Assembly (NCBI GenBank): GCA_963664705.1
Contig: OY761556.1
Coordinates: forward strand, 1,056,001 to 1,120,000
DNA length: 64,000 nt
Source of the DNA: Acidobacteriota bacterium
Lineage (GTDB): Bacteria; Acidobacteriota; UBA6911
Reading direction: 5' to 3'
In this document: positions 41,446 through 49,853 of the stretch, in pieces
Numbering within the stretch: the first letter of the stretch is position 1
Layout of the letters: the number at the start of each line of letters is the position of its first letter
Made by a program: the position numbers and the translations under genes
The notes under the pieces: generated by a model
Told to the model about the DNA's origin: nothing
Databases searched by the model: none
Seen by the model: only the letters and a program-made list of their open reading frames with translations

Positions 41446-41658
41446 TTGCTTTGCATGTTTGAAGAAGGCCCTGGCGGATTCAAGGGCGGCATGAGCGCAG
41501 AGAAGTATATTCGTATCACATCGACTTCGCGTGCCACGGCCACGCGTGATTTGCAGGACCTTGTCGAAAAGGGCGCTCTCATTCGCCGCGGCGAGCTGAA
41601 ATACACTCGATATTTTTTGGGAGTCGATCCGGGCATCACTAATGCCGGCCTTCAATGA
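41446..41658 (+). pseudogene. C-terminal HTH remnant of a Fic-family protein
   Basis: GFKGGMSAEKY..IT.TSRATATRDLQDLVEKG; no Fic catalytic motif upstream. Confidence 0.7.
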
Positions 41659-41760
41659 ATCGATCTCCGGAGCAACGAAAGAACGCCATTATTTCTGAAG
41701 CTGCATTTTTCTGCAGTGCGCATGGGCGCGACTTCGAAACATAATCGCGCCACCACGCGA

Positions 41761-42807
41761 TCAAGAAAGAAAGATCTTGCGCGACTGCGCATAGACCTCA
41801 TCGGCGAATGCCGGAGTCAGCATAGGCGCGGCGTAATGGCCCAACTGCGCACTTCTTCCCGGGATGCTGAAGCGTTCAGCGTATTCGCGGCCGCGACGGC
41901 GCTGTTCTTCCTCGCTTGTTGTCTCAGGGTCAAATGATTCCGGCACCACGGAAATGCAGATCTTGTCGCCGACATCCTCCCAGAGCCGTGCGGTATCGTT
42001 CATTATCTGCGGATCCCAGGCGTCGAAGCCGGCATCGATGAAACACTGGACCCGGGCTTCGCCGTGGCCGCAGGAGTGCAGCGTAACATAGCGGCCCTTT
42101 GAATGGATGTGGTCGTTCAGTTCTTTCATATAGGGGACGATCATCCTGGCAACATCCATCGAGAAAAACGGCGCGCGCTGGGCCGCCCAATCGTCATGGA
42201 TATTGAAACCATCCAATCCCGGCCAGTAAGTGCAAAACTTATCCACCAGCTTGCATCCAAGATCCGTCAACTCGGCAAACAGCGCCTTGATCGCATCGAT
42301 CTGGTCGTCGTCAATGATCGCCATTGCGGCAGGCGCGAATTCCATTAGGGACACCAGCCGTTCAAAGCAAAAACCGTTGATAAACGTCATCATGGTGGAC
42401 ACGCGGCTGTCGAGTTTTGTCTTTTCGACCTCCCCCGCCCAGTCCCACGTGTCAATATCCGGCATCTTGATTTTATCTTTCCATTCATTGGCGTTTTGCA
42501 GAAAGGGCTTGCCCGGGCGCACCATCGAACCGCCGGCCGATTCCACCCATTCCCACTGTATGCCGAAAGCGTCCGTAATCCCCCCGGGGCCGCCGCGCCC
42601 CAGCTGATTGTTGTAAAGTGCGGGCAGAATCATGGCGGAATCTCCGGGCAGCGGCATCCAATAAGGATGTTTTTCGAAGAAAAGCGCCGAGATATTCTCT
42701 CGCGGCGTGACTGGGGTATCCCGAAGCGGATTTCCGGGACCGAAAAATGCGGGCAGAGTATCGATTACGCGCAGCTCATTCGGAACATACGGAATACGTC
42801 TTTTCAT
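41761..42807 (-). CDS. URO-D / methylcobamide methyltransferase (MtaA/CmuA-like) family protein
   Basis: DAFGIQW, FERL..LM, HDDW, LHSCG (HxC), WDPQIMND; ATG 42807 after GAGGAG. Confidence 0.8.
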   Translation of the reverse strand: MKRRIPYVPNELRVIDTLPAFFGPGNPLRDTPVTPRENISALFFEKHPYWMPLPGDSAMILPALYNNQLGRGGPGGITDAFGIQWEWVESAGGSMVRPGKPFLQNANEWKDKIKMPDIDTWDWAGEVEKTKLDSRVSTMMTFINGFCFERLVSLMEFAPAAMAIIDDDQIDAIKALFAELTDLGCKLVDKFCTYWPGLDGFNIHDDWAAQRAPFFSMDVARMIVPYMKELNDHIHSKGRYVTLHSCGHGEARVQCFIDAGFDAWDPQIMNDTARLWEDVGDKICISVVPESFDPETTSEEEQRRRGREYAERFSIPGRSAQLGHYAAPMLTPAFADEVYAQSRKIFLS

Positions 42808-42923
42808 CGCGGACTCCTCTAGTAAAGTGAGGAAACAGGGAATGCCAGGTCCGAGGTCCAATGAAGAGCCTGGAATCCAAACCGGCAGCCGATGCTTCCC
42901 ATCCATGTCGCATGCCCGAAAAG

Positions 42924-42976
42924 CGGGGCGGAAGTGCCGCGCCGACCATTTCGGCGCTCGTTTTACTTCCGCCCCG
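42924..42976 (-). terminator. Long hairpin downstream of the 43026 gene
   Basis: cggggcggaagt...gcgccga / tcggcgc...acttccgccccg. Confidence 0.55.
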
Positions 42977-43025
42977 TTCTATGCTGCACGGCAGGTGATT
43001 CCAGCTGAGAACTCGTCCTGCAGGG

Positions 43026-43964
43026 TTACCGTTTCGGTGCCGGAGTGTCGGCGTTGGTGCCGGTGGGGCCACGGAAGTCGCTCATCTTGAGATGCGTCAA
43101 CGTGTGCACGTAGCGAATCTTGCCGTTTTCCAGCCGGAACAGGTGCGTGTCCGGTGCACCGGAAGTGCCGGGGCCGCCGGCGCCGAATGTACACCAGACC
43201 ACTACCGAGCCGATCACCTCATCCACCACGAAGCGGCGGTTGGCGATGTTTACGCCTGCCGGCAGGCCGGCTTCGCAGGTATCCGCGTCCGTTCCCTTTG
43301 AAGTGGTCATGCCGCCCTCGACTCGCACGCACGGATAGCCCCAGGGAACCAGGTCGGCCCTCGCCTCCAGGAAGGCGTCAAGGTATGCACCAGCCCCGCG
43401 CTCCAGCTCGGTGCGGGTGTTGCGGCGGTCGGTGGGGATGGGCCCCCAATTTTCCTTCGACGTATACTCCAGGTAGTTGTCGGCGTTAAACAGCCACTCG
43501 CCCGTCGTAGTCGTAATCAGTTCGACCTCGGCGATCTTGTCATGGTTAATGCGCATGCGCACGCCGATCACATAGGGGTTGGCCTTATCGGTCACGATGA
43601 CCTCGGTGAAGGTCTGGCACGTTGCGTCGTCATACAGGCTCATGCTCTTGTCGATGTTGAGCGGCTTGGTGATGAGGCCGGTCTTGATGTCGGCGGGCTT
43701 CATGTTCTCCTGGTAGCCGAGGCCGTTGGCAAGCGGCAGAATGGAGAGGTCACCCTTGGCTTGTGCGGCCAGGTAGAGCCTGACGGCGTGTTGCAGGCCG
43801 CCGCGCTGGCAGGACACCATTGGGACTTGTGTGGCCTGCACTCCCGCCGGAGGATCCCCTGGTTTCGGCGCTTTAGCCTTCGGCATCTGTGCATGGCCCA
43901 ACGCGGGGATCAGGATAGCAGCGCAGAGAGCGACCCACATCGTGACTAATTTCGTATGTTTCAC
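43026..43964 (-). CDS. Secreted hypothetical protein (two similar Cys-containing halves)
   Basis: GTG after AGGAAAGGA; signal peptide ending GHA; C.R..L...V..YL.AQ and PC.R.EGG patterns. Confidence 0.75.
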   Translation of the reverse strand: MKHTKLVTMWVALCAAILIPALGHAQMPKAKAPKPGDPPAGVQATQVPMVSCQRGGLQHAVRLYLAAQAKGDLSILPLANGLGYQENMKPADIKTGLITKPLNIDKSMSLYDDATCQTFTEVIVTDKANPYVIGVRMRINHDKIAEVELITTTTGEWLFNADNYLEYTSKENWGPIPTDRRNTRTELERGAGAYLDAFLEARADLVPWGYPCVRVEGGMTTSKGTDADTCEAGLPAGVNIANRRFVVDEVIGSVVVWCTFGAGGPGTSGAPDTHLFRLENGKIRYVHTLTHLKMSDFRGPTGTNADTPAPKR

Positions 43965-44189
43965 TGGTTTTCCTTTCCTATAGATGATTGTATGACAAGA
44001 TGGACCGGCCGAGTTTCTGTTCTCGCGCCGTCGCATCATGACCTTCCGATAGGCGGCCTTGGGTTGCGCGCACATGCCTGCCGCCGCTTTCCAATGCCTG
44101 CTGAATCGGGATTTTACTGCAAAATCGGAATTATATTGCGAATATTCCGCAGCGGTTAGTACCGTTTACCAGGATTTGGGAGCATTTTT

Positions 44190-45422
44190 ATGTTGGAAGG
44201 CAAAAACCAGGGCATGATCCGCAAATACCTCCGAGTGCTTTTCCCGATTTTGTTTTCCGTGATCGTCTCCTCCATGGGCGCTGCCTTGACATACATCTTT
44301 CTATCCCTGATCCTCCCATCGCCAGTGATCGACTACACGGTGCCCGTACTGGTCTTTGTGGCCCTCTGCAATGCCTGTTTGCGGCTCTTGCTGAGGATCC
44401 GCCCGGCAAATGATTTCGCCCACTTGGCCTTGCCGCTTAGCCTTGCAGCCACGCTGCTGGCATTTGGCATTGTGGCTTTCCCAACGGTTCAGGAAGCCGT
44501 TCGGTTTCACCCTGCCCACGGCAGCGCCGAGGTTCTTCAAGCATTGCGACGGAATGCCTTCCCGCTGAAATCCGTGAGTGCGGGCCAAGGTTTCGATGAT
44601 CTGCGGCCCCTAAAAAGCATACTGGCAGGAAAGCGTATTGTGGCTCTGGGCGAGGCCACGCATGGGACCAGTCAGTTTTTCCGCATGAAACACCGCCTGG
44701 CGGAATTTCTGGTGGCAGAGATGGGCTTCCGGCATTTCGGGATGGAACTCAGCACCAGGGATGGCCACCTGCTGAACAACTACATCCAAGGAGAACCGGC
44801 AGATCCTCTCCAAGTGCTCTATTGGCCCTGGAGAACTCGAGAGGTGCTGGATATGCTTGCCTGGATGCGTGCCTACAATGCCAGCGCCAGTCCGCAAGAA
44901 CGTCTCACTTTTCATGGGATTGATCCCATTTACGGTAAGCGCGATCCCGTAATGGCGCAGAACGTGGCTCTCCTGCTGGAGGAAGCAGGTCCGGAAAGCA
45001 AGATGGTTCTGTGGGCACACAACGCTCATATCTCGAACAGAAACGGGTGGATGGGCCGTTACCTGAAAGCGAAGTGGGGCGATATGGCCTACTTGCTGGG
45101 TTTTGAGTTTGATCGCGGCGTGTTTACATCACGCATGGCGACTATCCATTCCTATGCGATCGGCGCAGCCTCTCCCGAATATTATGCGCATGCCCTGGCG
45201 CGGCTGGGCATTCCGGTGTTATACCTTGATTTCCAGGTTCTGTCCCGGTCGCCAGTTCTGCGCACCTGGCTTGAAACGCCTCAAAGCTCGCACGAGTTTC
45301 AGGAGCTGCATGCCATCTATCGGCTAAACCCGGAGTGGCACACTCTACATGACAGTTGGGCACAGCTTTATGATGGGATGATCTTCATTGAAGAAAGCAC
45401 GCCAGCCATATCTGTGCCGTAA
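44190..45422 (+). CDS. Erythromycin esterase (Ere/TIKI-fold) family protein with N-terminal TM segments
   Basis: IVALGEATHGT..FF, FGME, F.GID, RD..MAQN, VLWAHNAHI, YDGMIFI. Confidence 0.85.
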   Translation: MLEGKNQGMIRKYLRVLFPILFSVIVSSMGAALTYIFLSLILPSPVIDYTVPVLVFVALCNACLRLLLRIRPANDFAHLALPLSLAATLLAFGIVAFPTVQEAVRFHPAHGSAEVLQALRRNAFPLKSVSAGQGFDDLRPLKSILAGKRIVALGEATHGTSQFFRMKHRLAEFLVAEMGFRHFGMELSTRDGHLLNNYIQGEPADPLQVLYWPWRTREVLDMLAWMRAYNASASPQERLTFHGIDPIYGKRDPVMAQNVALLLEEAGPESKMVLWAHNAHISNRNGWMGRYLKAKWGDMAYLLGFEFDRGVFTSRMATIHSYAIGAASPEYYAHALARLGIPVLYLDFQVLSRSPVLRTWLETPQSSHEFQELHAIYRLNPEWHTLHDSWAQLYDGMIFIEESTPAISVP

Positions 45423-45433
45423 GGGAACATTGT

Positions 45434-48400
45434 TTATGGGATTGTATAGCTGAACGCAACCGCGCCGTTTTCCCTGCCGGGCGCCTCGTCCTTAGCCGGG
45501 TATGTCCTTACATAATCTACTTTCACGCCGATCGTTGAAACGGTCACTCGGGTATACCCGCTATTGGGGAACTTATCTCCGCTCAGGTAGGCATCTGCGT
45601 TGAACCAGGAATAGTTCGGGTCTGCCGGCTCTGAGAGTGTCTGGTAGGTAACCCCATCCAGCTGCTGCCGTACCCAGATGTGATCGTGTCCCTGAAAGAA
45701 GATTGTGACGTGATTGGCCACCATCAACTGATGAAGCGGAAGGCTCCATGTCGGACGGTTCTTTGAGAACCCCCACGTCCCGTTGGCATTCCCTCCGCCC
45801 CACTCATACAACCCCGCTATCTCCACTCCGCCCCTCTGGGTGCCCATCACGTGATGGGCGAAGACGAATTTGTATTTGGCCGTACTCTGCTCAAGAGTAG
45901 TTTTTAACCACTGGTATTCAGCGTCTCCATGGGTGATGTCCCACATGTTGGATCGTTTCGATCCGCCGCCAAACGGTGCATCCACGCACACTGGGGAAGA
46001 CCAGTAAGGATCAAGGACCACGAAAAGTGCATCGCCCCATTGCCAGGCGTAGTAGTTCCTCAGAAGCCCGATATACGGCACAACCTCCGCATTCCCGCTG
46101 TAAAACGAATCCGGTGCAGGTTGGGAATAGAGCGAATTTCGGGCATTCTGGGCCCAGACCGCCACATTATCAGGCGTTCCATCCAGCAGATACCTTGCCG
46201 CCTGCTCGTGATTTCCGTTTACAAGAAACAGTGGCGCTGTATTGCCGATCAGCCCGAGATAGGGTCGCTGCAGAGTATATCGTTCGTTCACCAATGACGG
46301 GTTGACGGTTGTGGGATCCAGATTGTCCACGCTGAAATCATCCCCCATCAGGATGTAAAAATCGGGATGATCTGCTGCCGCCGTTGCTAGGGTTCTTCTG
46401 TATAATTCCGCATCAAACTGCGATTTCTCACGCTCCGGGTGAGAATCGCCCTGAATCGCGAAGGTGAATGTCTCTCCGGCACTGCGTGCCGTATGAAAGC
46501 TCATCTCCGTACTGTTGCCGAAATTGCCTGTCCCTGCGGGTTTGAAGTATAGCCGGTAATAGTATCGCGTATTCTCCAGAAGCCCGGTCAGAGTGAATTC
46601 AACCGGGATGGACGGCTGAATGTTTGCGATAGAAGTCGTTTGTTCGTAGGTGCCGCTTGATTTTCCATAGGCGATAAATGCGGTCCCGCTCTGATCGGAA
46701 GTGAGCACATTCGCTTTGACAGAGTTTGCCGCTGGCGAACCAAGAACGATGCTGCCATCGAAAAGGCTCGTGCGGTCGGCTGCTCCGACGGCAATCAGCC
46801 GAGATGTAGAATTCGAACCCGCTGAATTCGTTACCGAAAGAGTAACGGAATATGAGCCGGCGCTCGCATATGTGTGCACTGGATTCCGGGTGGAACTTGA
46901 AACACCATCGCCGAAATTCCATGCCCAGGAAACGGGGCCTCCTGAACTTGAATCCGTGAACTGTATGCTCTGACCTGCAAGCGCCGCCGCCGGGCTCAAT
47001 GAAAATGATGCAACTGGCACTGTCGATTGCAGGGTCACCGACCAGGAATCATCGATTTCCCCATTCTTTTGCGTGGCCGTTTCGCTTGCCGGCAACCATG
47101 CCCGCACGTATTGGGCTTGAGCGCTGTTTGGCGAGACCGTAACTCGCAGATGACCGCTGCTGCTCAATATTGTTCCGGAAGAATAGTGATACTGCGTTGC
47201 AAGCGCCGCGCCGCTGGAGGTGTTTTTGGCGCTGGGCTGGGGAACCTCCAGGTAAACGATTCCATCGAGAGTTTGTCTTGCGTACAAATGATCATGGCCG
47301 TGAAACACTGCCGTGACGCCATACTGCTTGAGCATCTGATGGATAGGAACGCCCCAGCCCGGACGGTTTTTGCTGAACCCATCCGTGCCGTCCGGATTTT
47401 TCCCGCCCCATTCAAAATAGGGCGCAGCTTCAATGCCTCCTCGGTATTGCCCGTCAAGTCCGCCCACCAGGCTGTGAATGAAAATGAACTTGTAGGTTGC
47501 GGAACTTGCTGCAAGTGTATCTCGCAGCCATTGGTACTGCTTCGGCCCAAGAGTCAGATTCCAGCCGTCCGTACCACCTTTTGCTCTTGTATTCCAATAA
47601 GGGTCCAGAACGACAAACAGGGCATCGCCCCACTGCCACGAATACCATGACGCACGCTCTCCGACAAATGCCTCTGACGTTGTATCCCCTCCGTAAAAGG
47701 GATCGGGTGTTGGATTCAAATAGAATTGCTGACGTGCTTCCGTCGTCCACACTGCAAGGTTATTTGCAGTGCCATCAACGAACCAGCCGGTCTCGCCTTC
47801 GTGGTTTCCGTTGACGAGGAACAATGGCACCGACGGACTGATGATTCCGAAATTGCCCCGTTCATATTCGTAACGGGCATTAACCGTTGCCGGATCCCGG
47901 GCCGTTTGTACTGTTGATGTCAAGGGAGCGGAATACTTCTCGCACATGAACGTATCACCCAAGTCGATGTGGAAATCGGGCGCATCCGCTTGAACATTGC
48001 TTAGGGTTTTGCGATAGAGATTCAGATCCGAGTTCTCATCGAGGTGGGAGTCGGCTTGGATCGTAAATGTAAACGAGGTGCCGGCCGGCCGGGCGGTTCG
48101 AAAGGTATACCAATCTGTTGGCCCGCTGCTGCTACCGGCTGAAGCCTCATAAAAAAGGCGATAGTAGTACACTGTGTTTTCATACAATCCAGTAAGCGCA
48201 ATCTGCATCGGAATACCGGCAGAGAGGGTGGCCGAGGATGTCTGATTATCGAGCTTTCCGGGACTCGTTCCATACTGAACCGAGATCTTTCCGCTCTGAC
48301 CGGCAGAATATATATTCAGCTTTATGGAATTCGAAGTTGGTGCTCCAAGAAGGATGCTGCCCGAAAAACTCCCCTTCCCATAGGTAACGACTGGCAACGT

Positions 48401-49828
48401 TGTCAGCGCGAGAGGAGAACCGCTAATGCGCAACGCTAGAGCCGCTACTTCCGTACTTGAACTTACCCAAAGGGATCCTTTGAAATCATGGATTCCAGGG
48501 AATAGTTCTGAAACCATTTTTGCCATGTGACCGCCGGCGGAAAGGCTCATCGTGAAACCCATGCCGACTGCGTTCCCTTCAGTATCCAGCAACTGGATTT
48601 TCAGAGAATCATCTGAGCTGGTGGTTCCGGTGAGGGCTATTCCAGTGTCGTAATCTCCGGTCACCACCACCGGCACTGCAAATGAATTCAGCGCAGTTGA
48701 GCCGTTTACGGCCGCCTCAGTCTGAAAAGCTCCGGTTGAGTTCAAAACGGTGAAGATGCCGGACACGCTAACTGGAATATCAGAGGTAATCATCGCTGCG
48801 GCAGTATTCAGGCCGCCGACTCCATCGGTCTGCAGGAACAACGATGCCCCCGAGGCAAGATTCGAAAAAGTGAAAATATTCCGCCTTCCTTGCCCAATGA
48901 TGGTCATGCTGACTGGTTTTCCATCATCGCCGGTCAAGCTTAAAGTCACATTGGCCGGTGCTGCAGAAATGTTGGTAATTAGAAAGGACGTTTTATAGAT
49001 GCCGCTGCCAAACGATCCGTTCGCAATTTGTGGGAGGTACAGTTTCTGTTCCGTCGAGCTTGTCGAAACGCTGGATACCGAGGTATAGGACAGCGGGGAA
49101 GCATTCTCCCTCAGTGCAATTGACGCCAAGGGTTCTGAAGACTGGACCAGTATGGATCCCTGGAAATTAGCCACTGTCGGAAAGAGCTGTCCAGGCCCGT
49201 ATACATAATGGGCAATGTGCTTGTTTGCCCCTAAAGTGAAAATTACCGGTATCCCGGATTGTTGGCCACTGCTATCCCGCAACGTGAGGGTCACCGTCGC
49301 ATCTCTGCCTGTGGTATTGAGAACCGCAAGAGCTGTATTGAAGGAGGCTGTAGTATCGACGGGAAGCACAAAACTGGATAGTGGTTTCGCGTCACTGATG
49401 CCGGTTTCGGTATAGTGAGTTCCATCCATGTCATAAACTCTGAAGATTTCCGATACTCCAATCTCTGCGGGGGAGGAGATCTTCGCGACACCGGCAACCA
49501 GGCTTCCTTGTCCATCCGTTTCAAGCAGTTGCGTGCCTCCGGCTGGCAGGTGAATGGTAAATCTGCTGCCTGAATTCCCATCCACCGCCATTATCAGAGG
49601 GTTTCCCTCGTCATCGAATAATTCCAAAGTGGCAGCAAAAGCGGAACCGCTGTTGTTGCAAAGCACAAAGGTAGTTGTGAATCTCCCTCCATTGCCTCCG
49701 TTGGCAATCTGCGGCAAATAATAAACGCTCTGCGCATATAGGCTGTTTGCGAAAAAGCATGCTGTGCAGAGAACAATAAGCAGATATTTGCAAATTGAAA
49801 TTGTTTTCCTCGTCATCAGGACTCGCAT
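45434..49828 (-). CDS. Secreted protein: 449-aa repeat module, two FN3-metallophosphoesterase domains and a PKD domain
   Basis: Two full sets of DSH / GD / GNHE / H / GHDH; PKD SWAWNFGDG between them. Confidence 0.88.
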   Translation of the reverse strand: MRVLMTRKTISICKYLLIVLCTACFFANSLYAQSVYYLPQIANGGNGGRFTTTFVLCNNSGSAFAATLELFDDEGNPLIMAVDGNSGSRFTIHLPAGGTQLLETDGQGSLVAGVAKISSPAEIGVSEIFRVYDMDGTHYTETGISDAKPLSSFVLPVDTTASFNTALAVLNTTGRDATVTLTLRDSSGQQSGIPVIFTLGANKHIAHYVYGPGQLFPTVANFQGSILVQSSEPLASIALRENASPLSYTSVSSVSTSSTEQKLYLPQIANGSFGSGIYKTSFLITNISAAPANVTLSLTGDDGKPVSMTIIGQGRRNIFTFSNLASGASLFLQTDGVGGLNTAAAMITSDIPVSVSGIFTVLNSTGAFQTEAAVNGSTALNSFAVPVVVTGDYDTGIALTGTTSSDDSLKIQLLDTEGNAVGMGFTMSLSAGGHMAKMVSELFPGIHDFKGSLWVSSSTEVAALALRISGSPLALTTLPVVTYGKGSFSGSILLGAPTSNSIKLNIYSAGQSGKISVQYGTSPGKLDNQTSSATLSAGIPMQIALTGLYENTVYYYRLFYEASAGSSSGPTDWYTFRTARPAGTSFTFTIQADSHLDENSDLNLYRKTLSNVQADAPDFHIDLGDTFMCEKYSAPLTSTVQTARDPATVNARYEYERGNFGIISPSVPLFLVNGNHEGETGWFVDGTANNLAVWTTEARQQFYLNPTPDPFYGGDTTSEAFVGERASWYSWQWGDALFVVLDPYWNTRAKGGTDGWNLTLGPKQYQWLRDTLAASSATYKFIFIHSLVGGLDGQYRGGIEAAPYFEWGGKNPDGTDGFSKNRPGWGVPIHQMLKQYGVTAVFHGHDHLYARQTLDGIVYLEVPQPSAKNTSSGAALATQYHYSSGTILSSSGHLRVTVSPNSAQAQYVRAWLPASETATQKNGEIDDSWSVTLQSTVPVASFSLSPAAALAGQSIQFTDSSSGGPVSWAWNFGDGVSSSTRNPVHTYASAGSYSVTLSVTNSAGSNSTSRLIAVGAADRTSLFDGSIVLGSPAANSVKANVLTSDQSGTAFIAYGKSSGTYEQTTSIANIQPSIPVEFTLTGLLENTRYYYRLYFKPAGTGNFGNSTEMSFHTARSAGETFTFAIQGDSHPEREKSQFDAELYRRTLATAAADHPDFYILMGDDFSVDNLDPTTVNPSLVNERYTLQRPYLGLIGNTAPLFLVNGNHEQAARYLLDGTPDNVAVWAQNARNSLYSQPAPDSFYSGNAEVVPYIGLLRNYYAWQWGDALFVVLDPYWSSPVCVDAPFGGGSKRSNMWDITHGDAEYQWLKTTLEQSTAKYKFVFAHHVMGTQRGGVEIAGLYEWGGGNANGTWGFSKNRPTWSLPLHQLMVANHVTIFFQGHDHIWVRQQLDGVTYQTLSEPADPNYSWFNADAYLSGDKFPNSGYTRVTVSTIGVKVDYVRTYPAKDEAPGRENGAVAFSYTIP
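48386..49732 (-). repeat. Copy 2 of the duplicated 1347-bp N-terminal module
   Basis: QSVYYLPQIANG ... LALTTLPVV, colinear with 51108-52454. Confidence 0.9.
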
Positions 49829-49853
49829 CAGGTCTCTCTGGAGTTCTTGCCTT

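Noticed and set aside
42810-43020. Cobalamin riboswitch upstream of the URO-D-fold methyltransferase
   Set aside because: No B12 box or GGGAA...GCCCCCGCAACTGT core seen; only a terminator-like hairpin
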